Positions 39,301-51,300 of a stretch of DNA of 64,000 nt are shown one piece after another. The translations under genes and the position numbers were made by a program. This stretch comes from Candidatus Omnitrophota bacterium. Lineage in GTDB: Bacteria; Omnitrophota; Gorgyraeia; Duberdicusellales; 4484-171. The stretch spans positions 32,001 to 96,000 of the forward strand of contig JAIPGM010000001.1 of the NCBI GenBank assembly GCA_021735655.1, given 5' to 3'. Every line of letters starts with the position of its first letter. Within the stretch, counting starts at the first letter, position 1. The notes beneath the pieces were generated by a model. That model was given only the letters and a program-made list of their open reading frames with translations, ran no database searches and had not been told where the DNA came from.

Positions 39301-42300
39301 CTAGTGATATGGGCATGAAGCCTAGCCGTGTTTTAGCAGTTGAAGCTGGAGTTGATCAAGAGCCGTCAGATAGCCAGACTAATGATAGCCCGTTTGTTCC
39401 TTCTAATCGCATACCTATGATACCGGGCTCTTCTTCACCAGTTGGCTTACCTAATCCTGTTCAGACTCCGCTTGGCCCAAAAGGACTTTCGCCTTTATCT
39501 ATTATTAGAAGGACATCAACTTTTATTACAAATTTAAGGGGTTATCTGGGTTTATCACCGGCTATAGCTGCTGAAGTAGGCGCTGTGCCGAGTGACAGTA
39601 GAAGACAAATAGATGCTTTAACAGCTAAGATTGACGATGAGAGTGATATAAGCTTTGGAAGATCAGCGAATTCGCCCGGCAAGACGGTGGTCCATGCCGT
39701 AATTGCCTTTGTACGGCGATGGATCAATTTTACAGAGGGCAAAATAGCAGTTGGATTTACAAATTTTGGTCATAAATTTGACCAATTTGAAAAAAGAATC
39801 AGCTCTTTATTAGGAAAAATAGGCAGAAATGCCACTTCTGAAAGCGAAAGAGGTGTATCTGGAAGCGCTAGGAGTGTATCTAGAAACGGAAGCCAGGCCG
39901 GAGTAGCTTTAGACAACGGAAAGGATTTAGAAGTCAAAGCTAACCCTGAAGATGGCCGCAGACCGTTAAGAAGAGCTGAGAGTAAGCTTATAGCAGGAGT
40001 AGATAGCATACCTAATAGTAGGGATGCTGAAGAAACTCAAGCTGAAGAGATTGGCTTGGGTGGTAATGGCAGTGGTTCACAAAATGGTGGTCAAGGAACT
40101 TTAGGCGGTTCGTCTATAGAGATCGAACTACCTGTAATTTTAGATTTACGACGTCTTCATGAATCCTTCAGACCAGTAGTAGTTGGCCATAATGCCTCAA
40201 AGGCTCAGGCTCCGCCTGCAAATTCAAGAAAACAAGCAAGTTTAATTTTCTATACCCACCCAATAACTGTACTTGCTTTAGGTTTTATCTTTTTAGGCTT
40301 AAAAATTCCTCAACTTTTACCAATATCCATATTAATAGCTTTAGGTTTATTAGCAATATTGCCGCTTTCTCGGATTCTACCAAACGTGGCCGGTGGGTCC
40401 TTGAGAGCGGCTTTTGATTTAAATCAATGGACCCATCCTACTGTCGAAGTTGCCTCTCCATCAACCTTCCTGGCAAGTGGGTCCCGTAATAATAGTTCCA
40501 GTAGCTCAATCCACACCGATAAGGTTGCCTCTCCAACTTCTAAATTGGTTGTTGGGCTTTCTGGAACTAGTCTTAATAGAGGGGTAAGTAGTAATAGTAG
40601 CAGTAAAACAGAACAAGGGGGTGCAAGATGGTCAGTAACATCAGATCGCTCAGGTTTCAACACTTGGTTGTGGCAACCGATGGAACGATTTTTGCATCAG
40701 CTAGAGACAGCTTTGACCGCATTGAGAACTACATCGTCAGCCGTTTTGGAGATGTTAAGCGCCAGGTTAACACGCGTTTTGAACCGGTTAGATCGGATGA
40801 GGCAGGATGGATTAAGAACCTTATCGGAGTTCCTCAGACGATTCCGATCTATCGGGCAAAGAACATTAGCGTTAGCTAGCGCTGAGAGAGGGTCCGTGGC
40901 AGGACAATTTTCTAAGGGGGTCCGTGGTAGACCACTCGATAATGGCCGAGCTAAAAGATTAGCATCTCGAGCTTTGTCAATAATTACTGCTTTAGCTGTT
41001 TTAGGTTCAGCTAATGTTGTTCAGGCAGCTGAAGCAGGTCAGGCAAGTGATAGCGAAGTAAATGTGGGGTTAGTTTTAGCAGTTGTTTTTGCGGTAGCAG
41101 CAGTTTTAGCAGGAATCAGTTTTAGAATTTATGCCGGACAGAGGATCAAAGATATTGAATCTAAAACTGGAATCCAAGATAGCGCAAGAATTACTAGAAT
41201 CAGAGCAATAATTGAAGAGTTAAAACAAGAAGCTCTCAGGTTAGCTCAAGTCGCTCGAGAAAATGCGATGATAAAGGTTCTAATAGCACCTCAGGGTGAC
41301 CCATATAGAAGACTTAGTGCTTCTGAAATAGAAAAATTAAGAGCTAACCAGAAACCAGATGTAGAGTTGAGATTGTGGGATGTAACTGTGAGCGGAACCG
41401 GAACCGTAAGAATAATTTATGGTTTTAGCGAGGATAGAGTTGATTTCATAGTCATTGCTACCGATGGCGTTGTTCGAAGACAAAGTTTACCACGCGATTA
41501 TGTAGTTGATTCTATTGTAAGCGATAATGTAATTGTCGATTTATATCGTGGGAACCTCAATACTCAGCGAATCATAGAACATAGCATATATCAACGCTTA
41601 ACATCAATTATTGGTAGCTACAACGCAGAATTAGAAGCTGCCCTTGAAGAGGCTGAAGCTAATTCAAAGCAAGCTAAAGAACTATTAGACAGTAACCAAA
41701 GACTATCAGCTCGTGCCATTCGTGCTAGAGCTCGTCAAGCTGCTAGCTTAGCCGGAGCAGCCATTGATAATGCTACAACCTTAATTGAAATCGCCATCTC
41801 ATTGAATGTAGCTAGATTAAGAGCTCGAGCTAAAGTCTTAGAGAGAGAAGCTCAGGCTACTTTAAGACAAGCTGAAAATAAAATACAGAGACCACTTGAT
41901 AATGGTCGAGTGAAAAATGAACCATTAATAGGTTTTAGTCCTAATGGTTTTCATGAAAGTAAACTATTTACAATAATAACGCTAGGTTTGCTTTTATTAG
42001 CCGTAGCAGCAACAGTGACCTATCCGATTTACGCGTTAATGTATTTATCAATACCGCTCGGTGGAACTATCATTCTTTATGCATTGCTCGCTTCTGCGGC
42101 AGTTTTCTTTTCTATTAATTTTATTAACCTTCTTAATAGGATTGAATATTATCTTTTAATCAGTCGAGCACCACAAGCTGAACAAAGTCTAATTAAGGCA
42201 AGGAACTATGTAGAATTTCAGGATGCAGTCTATGCAATAGCTAGAGAGGCTGGAATTAGCATTCCTCATATAGATAGTATAGGCCAAGCTGAGGTTATTA

Positions 42301-45300
42301 TTGATAAAGTTACTGCGTCGCTTGAAGCTAGGGATTTAGATAAAGAAAGAGTTCAGGGAATAAGAACAGCTTTAGAGATGTTATTTTTAGGCGATGGTTT
42401 TGCTTTCGATCTTTTCGCTGCAGCCGTCTATATGATATCTTATCGAGACGAAAATAGTAGGTATCCAGCTTGGGTAAGCGGGTATCAAGAGAATGTTGGA
42501 AGAGTATACTATTCCAATCATCGTAAAACTCGTTCTCATTTGGGAAGTTTCTATCCTTGGTTGAGCATTCTACCTCATGAAGCCATGCATGCATTTTTAG
42601 CTAGAGCTAATTTAATTGATGGCGGAGCGATCGGTGAGGAGATCGCTACCAAAGCTGCTCGTATGAGCGAAAACGTAATAATTAGAGAGGTAGTTTCACC
42701 GTCAACCGCTTGGGAATCTTACCTGAGAAATCATTGGGGAGAAGTTCAAGATGGCTATTCTCATGATGGACAAGAGGTAGAGGTATTAAATATCAGTTCA
42801 ATGGCCCTACGAGGAATTGCTTTAATTCGTTTTATTAGAAATTTACTTAGCTTGAGGCTATTTCAATTGAGAGAGCTAGCATCTTTAGCAAGAGTTATAT
42901 TATTAGGTACACCGAATACAACTCTTGGTTTAGCATTTGCGCTTGATAATGGAAAGAAACCTACTCGAGTATGGAAAAGAATGCCTAGTTTGCAGACGGT
43001 TTATGAAACAAGAGGCAACAGAATTGACCGTTTTTTCCGAGCCATAATGTTAGCTGAGACTTTTGAACAAGAGGAAAAGGCTGTTAGACTAGCTAAGAAA
43101 ACCCTTAACTCAGATGATTATCTCAAATTAATGAAAAGAATTATGGCTTCAGTTGAGGTTGTCGCTGATGATGATCAGACTGATAGTAGAGCAACTCCGC
43201 TCGACAATGGCCGTTCAAGAAGGGTAATACCTAGAACCTTATCAGTAATTGTTACCTTAGTTGTTTTAGGTTCAACTAAAACAGCCTTTGCTTCAGGAGC
43301 AGTCGCTGCCGGCTCAGCAACAGTGCCTTTTTGGGGTGTAGTTGCTATGATTGTTATGGGGCTAGCTTTTGCATATATGTTTGGTTTTGTAGTTTATAGT
43401 ATGATTCGTAGTGCCAATATTGGCGGCCGAGATGAAATTAATGAGTTAAGGGATCGGGTTAGAGAGTTAGGTGGAAGCAAAGCTTTAAGAGAAGCCGGAA
43501 CCCCTGAAGAACTTATTGGAAATCTAAACAGTAAAGGCCAGGTTAGTGAAAACGAAATAGAAGGAGAGCTTGATGTAGTAGAAGCTCAAATTAGGAACAT
43601 TGAAGAAAGTAATAGTTCAAGTTGGTCCCAAGATCAGTTAGTTAGCTTAGAGGGCTATAGAGATGAATTAAGAAGAGAACTACTTGAAGCACAAGAACGA
43701 TTAAGAGTTTTAGAAGAAGAAATTGCTGGAGATATTCGTGCTTTTGAAAGAGCTCATGAATTAAATGTACCTTATGCAGCAGATGGTGATTTAGAAGAAG
43801 CTCCTCAGCCAAAAACTGTAGTTGGTAGAACACTCAGATTAGCTGGTCAAATTGCTAAGGTAGCCGTGGTAGCTACATTTGGCATAATGGTTATTGCATC
43901 TCCGGCTACCAGTTTTGCAGGATCTACCTTTGGTCAGTCGGCAGATGGTTTGGCTATGGACCATAATTCAGATATGGATGATCAGGATATAGACATGGAT
44001 CATTCAATGGGAGCTGTTTTACCGAACACAGAAACATTAACAACTGATGAAGTAGTTTTTGATCCTTCTTCAGTTATTGATTCTTTGTCAGATCAAGCTG
44101 GGGTTGATATAGCCGACACAGCACATTTTAATAGAGAGCTTAGTGGAGCTAAAGATAAGGTTGTTGTGTTAGATTTTTGGGCTACTTGGTGTGGACCTTG
44201 TAGAGACGTGGCTCCACTTTTAGAAGAAATTGCTGAGTCTGATGATAATATTAGGTTATTGAAAATTGACATTGATGACAACCCTGAAATTTTTAATAAA
44301 TTTAAGGTAGTGGATAAGGTAACTGGCAAAGAATTAGTTCCTCAGATACACGTTTTGGTCCATAATCCTAAAAATGGAAATTGGGAACGAAGAGAAGCTT
44401 TGGTAGGTAAAAAGAGTAAAAATCAGATAGAGGCTAGCCTCAGGCCATACTTAGCTGGTTTGGCTAAAGCTGAAACAGAAAGCGATAAGCCGGCCAAGGA
44501 AGCTTCTGAGGGCGAAGCAAGTAGTGGTCATTTTTCAGTTCCTTCAGGGGAAGCGGATTCTAAAGATTTGGCCGAAAGAAGGATTGATGAGATAGAGAAA
44601 AAACTTGTAGCTGAAAAAGAATTAACTGAAAAGAAAAATAAGGCTGATCAAGCTTTTAGCAGCGGTGATTACAGAGAGGCTGCTGAGCTTTATGAGGAAG
44701 TTTTAAATTCGGATTTAGCTAAGGGAGCTTTAGAAGCAATCGCAAAAACAAAGTTGGCTGTTGCTAAGCAGAAAATTGAAGTAGGCGATTCCGATCAGAA
44801 TATTAAAACCACTGCTGTTGGAGATGATAAGGTAGCTCCTGAAAATGAGAGCTTACAGCAAGTTATAGACCAAGGTTTAAAACAAACATCCTCAGCGACT
44901 ATTAACGAAGCGTTAGTTAAGTTAAGAACATATAAGATTGAAGAAGGTAGCTTGTCTGATGAATCTTATAGAGCACTTAAGGCTGAACAAGAAAAAGCTA
45001 TAAGTTTGTTAGTTCAGAGAGTAAAAGCTGTTACTTTTGCTGAGCTCAAAATGCAAAGAGCAATTGAAGCTTCAAATTACAATAAAGCCATGAATGAAAT
45101 CGGTAATGTTTATGTAGAAACATCTACTGATGGTTTAACTAGAGCAATTACCGATGCTATTAATATTCAAGCTCAACACTTAGAGAGTGTATTGACGGCT
45201 ATCCACGTTGCAGACAGGACAGACAAGATTGATTTTGCCTTGAAAGTACTTAAAGAAAGTAAAGGTAAGAATTTACTCCCAGAGGAATTAGAAACAAAAC

Positions 45301-48300
45301 TTCAACAAAAAGTAGATAGAGCTATTGGCGAGCTCACAGCAAGAAAAGCCACAGTTGGTCAAGAGACTGATTCAATAAGAGCGCCACCAACTGATAAACC
45401 AGCTACTGAAGAAGCAGAAGCGTCCACAGATTATTCAAAGGTCGGTATTGAGCAATTGACAGAATTGGTAGATGCTAAGATTAAATCTCAACTTTCTCCG
45501 GAAGAGAAAAAAGTTTATGAGGCAAACAAAAACAAGTTAGATTATTTAAAGAAAAATCATCCGGATCTTTTTAAGAAACTTGTTGTTATTGCCGAAGACG
45601 ATATAAAGGCTTGGTTCGAAGCTAACCAAAAACCAATTGTTCAAGCTCAACAAACAGAAATACATAGAGCCGAAAATGTTCTTAAGCAATTCTTAACAAG
45701 ATTTGGCATAGAGTTTAATCAGCCGCGCTATGTAATGGTTTCGGAAAAATTACTTGATGGTCGCTTGGGCGCAGTTTATATTTTATCTCCGGATACAGTT
45801 ATTCTATCTGATAAATTTGAAGTTAAGCAGAAGGTTAGACCGCAAGGAAGGTCTCAGGGACGAAGCCTAGTCGCCCTTGAACCAGCTGGTTCAAATATCG
45901 AAGCTGCTAATCCTAATGAAAATTCTTTAGCTATCGTAGTTATTCATGAGAATCTTCATTTAGTTAAAAATTCTGGTTTAGGCAGCGATCAGATTAACGA
46001 AGGATTTATCCAACATACAACTGATATATTAGCAAAGCAAAATAATTTTAAAGTATCTCACGATCTATATGAACCGCAAAAGGCAGTTATTTATGCCTTA
46101 GAGGCAGAAATAAGTAAAGTTGCCGGAGTAAGCTTAGCTCAAGCTTACGATATGGTAGCCAAAGGATACTTATTAGGAGATACCAGTTTTATTTCAGCAA
46201 ATATTGGAGAAGGCTCCTGGGAAGAAATTGTTAGTATTTCTAATGAATATAGAGATAAAATGGCTTTTGATAATAATCCGTTGCTTTGGGATAAATATGT
46301 ACCTAGAGTAGCTAAAAAATTAGGGGTTAATGACGAAAGCTTAAAAGATCAGCCTAGAGGTTTGAGAGAGAGAGCTAAGCAGTCAGTGGTTGAGTTAGCC
46401 GTTGTTGTTGGAAAAGTTCAAGAGTCTGACAGCGTAGAGCCCGAAGTATCAGACCAAGAGTTACCTAAAGAAGAGGTCAAGAAGGCTGATGGTGATCAAT
46501 CTGTAGATGCTCAGGTTTATTCTTCAGCTCGAGGATTGAATTTAAAGGATAAACAAGAGGGCGAGCAGTTGCAGCAAGCATTCGCAAAAGCAGTTGTTGG
46601 CAATAATGTACCTGAAGAAGCGTTTGTTGTTACTGGCGATACAGATAAGAATTTTTCTGTTAAAGGCAAATTAAGTAATGAAGATGTTGTTAGTTATAGC
46701 ACTAAGAAGATATCTGAGCGCCAAGAGCAGGGATCTCTTACTGCTGGCAGTTTAATAAAGGTAAGAGAGGTTGGTGGAGATAAGAGTTTTCTCTGGCAGA
46801 CACATTTGGGTGATGTTTATGAATTTAAGGCTGACGGGACAGTAAGTAAACTTATTGATGCACGTGATCAAACGGCCTCTAAAATTAAGGTAAATCCAGC
46901 TGAAGAAGGATTGCTCGATACAATAGGCAGGCATGCTTATGAACAGATGCAGAGAGGAATTACGAAGGGATCTATTTTTAACTCTCAAGAGGAACAAATA
47001 GGTTTTTGGCAGAGAAAGGATAATAAAACTATAGCGGTTATTTATGCAGCTGCTGGCGAAAGAAAAGGTTTCGATGTAAGTTTTACTGAAGAAGTTCGTT
47101 CGGTTGAAGAGCAAAAAGCCAAGAAACTTGCTGATGACCAAGCTGCTGAAAAAGCTGCTGAAGTTAAGAAAGCCGCTGACGCTGAAAAACTTGCTGCTGA
47201 AAAAGCTGCTGAAGCCAAGAAAGTAGCTGATGCTGAAAAACTTGCTGCTGAAAAAGCTGCTGAAGCCAAGAAAGTAGCTGATGCTGAAAAAGCTGCTGAA
47301 GCCAAGAAAGTAGCTGATGCTGAAAAAGCTGCTGAAGCCAAGAAAGTAGCTGATGCTGAAAAACTTGCTGCTGAAAAAGCTGCTGAAGCCAAGAAAGTAG
47401 CTGATGCTGAAAAAGCTGCTGAAGCCAAGAAAGTCGCTGATGCTGAAAAAGCTGCCGAAGCCAAGAAAGTAGCTGATGCTGAAAAACTTGCTGCTGAAAA
47501 AGCTGCTGAAGCCAAGAAAGTAGCTGATGCTGAGAAAGCTGCTGAAGCTAAGAAAGTAGCTGATGCTGAAAAACTTGCTGCTGAAAAAGCTGCTGAAGCC
47601 AAGAAAGTAGCTGATGCTGAAAAAGCTGCTGCTGACAAAAAGATTGCTGATGAAGCTGCTGCTAAGAAATTAGCTGATGAGGCTGCCGCTAAACCAAAAA
47701 CCCAAAATGATGGAGCTAGGGGTATTCGCGCTCCGCCAGCTGCGGAACCAAAGGTTGAAGATCAGCCACTAGCTAAAGCAGAAGAAGCAGTTAGCCAAGC
47801 AATGGAGAAATTGGTTGATGCTGCTAATGCTTCAAATGATGCTGCTAATGCTTATTCCGAAGCTACCAGCAAAGAAGCTGAAGATAAACTTAATAAACTA
47901 GCTGGAGAGTTTGCTCAGTTAGTTTTAGCTAGGGATAATCAAGATGATCAGGTTGTTGACAACGATGGTCAGGTAAAGGCTAAGGAAGCCGAAGTAAGCC
48001 AGAAACAGAAATCAATAGCCGAGCAAGAGGAAAGATTAGAAAAAGCTCTTACTCCTCCAGAAATAAGTGAAGATTGGGAACAGGCTGCCAAGGAGAGGTT
48101 TGGTAAATATAGCCATAATTCTAGGGGTAAATATAATAAAAATAGATTTCATAGCCAGACTCGCACAGTTCCATCAGTAGCTTATGATCAACCAGAAGAA
48201 GATTTTCGTAAAGGAATTCATGAGGTTGTCGGTGAAGGCAAAGAAGCCGCTGCTTATGTTGATACTTCAGTAGTTCATCGTGGTAGTGAAGCGCGTGGTG

Positions 48301-51300
48301 CTGGTACAGTAGTTTTGATCTTTGCTGTAGATAAAAATGATTTTAATAAAAGAGTTTTAATATATGTTGATGCCAGCCGTAGACGCGGTATCGATTATAA
48401 TGATCAATATTTTGACTTAGAGGGTAATCAAGTTGAGCCTTTTGGAACAAGTGATAGCTTAATCATTAGGGTTGGCCAAGTTAGTTCCGACAAAGATGGA
48501 GAAATAAGCTTAGATTGGGGTGAACCTTACACTAGTTCTCGTGGCGAAATTAATGATATTTTTGGAAAATATAAACCTGAAGGTGAATTCGTGGCTGGAT
48601 CAGAAGCTCAAGCTAGCGAGCGATCAGCCAAAGATTTACAGGAAGAGTTAGAAAAAGCCGAAGGCGAATTAGAAGCCCTCAAGAAAGCTAAGGAGGAGTT
48701 AACTGGAAAGACAGCTGAAACTGATGAAGAATTAAAAACTAAACAAGCTGAGATTGAAAGATTAAAAGAAAACTTAAAACAAAGACAAGCCAAAGCTGCT
48801 GAACTAAAAAGCGAAACCGCTAAAGCAGTAGATTTGTCTATAGAGGCGCAAGATATAGTTAAAAAAGTTATAGAGGCCAAAGATGCTCCGTTAGAGGATA
48901 GGATTAAAGATCTTGATCAAGCTATTGACTTGGTTGATCAGGTAGCTGAAGTTGCTAGAAGTCTTTCAACCGAAGCGGATAATGAAGTAAAAATAGCCGA
49001 AGGCTTGGTTGATTCAGCTAAGAAAATTGAAGCCTATGCTATTAGTTTAAGAGAAGATGCTGAGAGGAAACTGGCTGAGGTAAAAGCCGCTGAAGAGGAA
49101 GCCCAAAGACAAGCCGAAGAAGCTAAAAAGGCTCAAGAAAAAGCTGAAGCAGAATTAAAGGTCAAAGAAGCTAAAGCCAAACAAGCTTTAGCTGAAGAAG
49201 ATAAGGCTAAGGAAGAATTAACCGAAGCTCAAGGTAAAACTGAGAAAGTTACCACTACCCAGACCGTAAGGGTAAATATTAATAAGCCGCGTTGTTGTTT
49301 AGTAAGATTTTTTATTGATCGTCCAAGATTTGTTCGTGGTTGGGTGCAAGATGGACATTCACGTCGTTGCGGCAGACAAACTTACCGTCAAGGTTTCTAC
49401 CCTGCAGAAATTTACGTAGAAACACTAGTAGCCGTAGATACAACTGATTTAGAGAAAGCCGCAGCTGATAAAGCTGAAGCAAGAAAGACAAGTGATGTGG
49501 AAGTTGAGACTGCTAAAGGAGAGGTTGAAGTTGCTTCAACGGCTACCCAAGAAGCTGAAGCTAATTATAATCAAGCAAAAGCGCAAAGGGAACAAGCTGA
49601 AAAATATTTAGAAAGAGCTAAAGAACTTGAACAGGCAGCTACCCAATGGCGCAAACAAGTAGAAAAAATAGCTCAAAGAGCTCAAGAGTTAGTTGACCGG
49701 GCTCAAGAATTGGAACAAAGAGCAAAAGAAGCAAAAGAGGCCATTGAGGCGTACAAAAAGGCTCTTTCTGAAGAAGAAGGGAGCGGTCAGCCTAAAGGGC
49801 CTGAAGTAGGATCCTTTTATGAGAATCATCCATTTTGGTTTTTCTTCTTACTTTTAACCCCCGGATATCTTTTCGGAATATGGGCTGCTATACGTCGTCG
49901 AAAGGGACTTTCAATCATTCCTGGACGAGGAAAAAAAGTTGTTATAGCTCTTATTGCTGTTGGATTAAGCTTAGCTTTGGCTGATAAGGCTTCTGCTGCA
50001 GACGTCAGCTTAGCAACTATGGCTGTAGAGAGCTACATGACTTTACAGAATACTACTGGTGGAGTTACTGGTTTTGGAACTGGTTATGCATTAGGAGAAG
50101 CTACAGTAGCTTTATTCTATTGGTTGTTTGGTAATAAAGATAAGACTGAACAATCCCAACCAATCCAACCTCAAGCAGATCAAGCCCCTTCTAGTCGCAA
50201 GAAAGGAAAGAAAAAAGTTGGGCCAGAAGTAACTGAAGAGTCTGATTCTGTTGTACATGAAGATGGTGATAGTGAGGACGGTGAAATGGGTTCTGGAATT
50301 GCCACTTCAAAAGGCCGGAAAGATAGTTCGCAGTCAGCACTTTCAGATATAAAAGTAAAAGCTGAATTAAGTCCTTTAGGCAGACAGGTACGTATTATTA
50401 TTGCTAGTAAGCAGGGTACCAAGAAAGCTCTATTGGATGAGATTTTTGATTTAGCAAATCTTCCGATATTTATTGCTACTGAGGAAGGAAGTTTCTATAT
50501 TTACTATAACCCACGAACCAATCAGTTGATTATTACCGCTGAACGAAGCATTAGTAATAATCCGGCTAGTGTCGGTATGGTACCGGTGAGTTCATACGGC
50601 CAAGCAGCGGAATTAGAGACTCTTTGGGAAAGTGAAGATGGGACTGAAATGGCAGCCCTTGAGGGCGAAGTTGATGACTTCGATGATGTTACTATAAACA
50701 ATATTCGTGGCATAAACAGTTATCTTACTCATCGTAACAGTATTGTTATTATTACCAGTGCTTCTGATCCAGAAGCTTACGTGCAGGATGGCGAGGATAC
50801 AGTCAATGCTGTTATAATCCAGTCAAGTAGGCGAATTGTTCATAACTCAGTTTCCTTGATGAATGCTCTTGGTCAGATAGAAGAGGTTAATGCGTTCTTA
50901 ATTTTAGGGACATCTTCTGATTGGATTACTACAGATGAAGATGGTAGAACTTTTATCCATCGCGCAGTGAAGTTAGTAGGTCGCGATGGTAATCGTATTC
51001 GTATGGTCGTTTTGGATTTTGATCAACCACTTGAAGTTCATTATGGAGTAATTCGTTTGGGACGACCGACTAACACTAAAAATATTCAGCATACCATAAT
51101 ACCTTTATCGCGTAAGCTTGGTTATGAATGGATTGCAAAACATAAAATTGCCGCCAATTTAGTTTTAGTTGATGCACACGTCGCTGTTCCGGATAGCTTT
51201 TCGTTTGTCCAAGATGGTCATGAAGATACGCCATGGATTAAGAGCGCACGTAAGCCTTGGACTATTCGAGGTCCACCCGGTTCGGGTATCCAATGGTATG

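Noticed and set aside
47042-47638. 198-aa minus-strand ORF, Ala/Ser/Phe-rich ('MSAAAFSASATFLASAAF...')
   Set aside because: It is the antisense reading of the in-frame AEKAAEAKKVAD tandem repeat of the giant plus-strand ORF. It is low-complexity, has no RBS and is fully embedded.
47140-47700. CRISPR-like or non-coding tandem repeat
   Set aside because: The repeats have no spacers and the units are directly adjacent. They maintain the giant ORF's reading frame (36- and 51-nt units) and encode a helical AEKAAE sequence.
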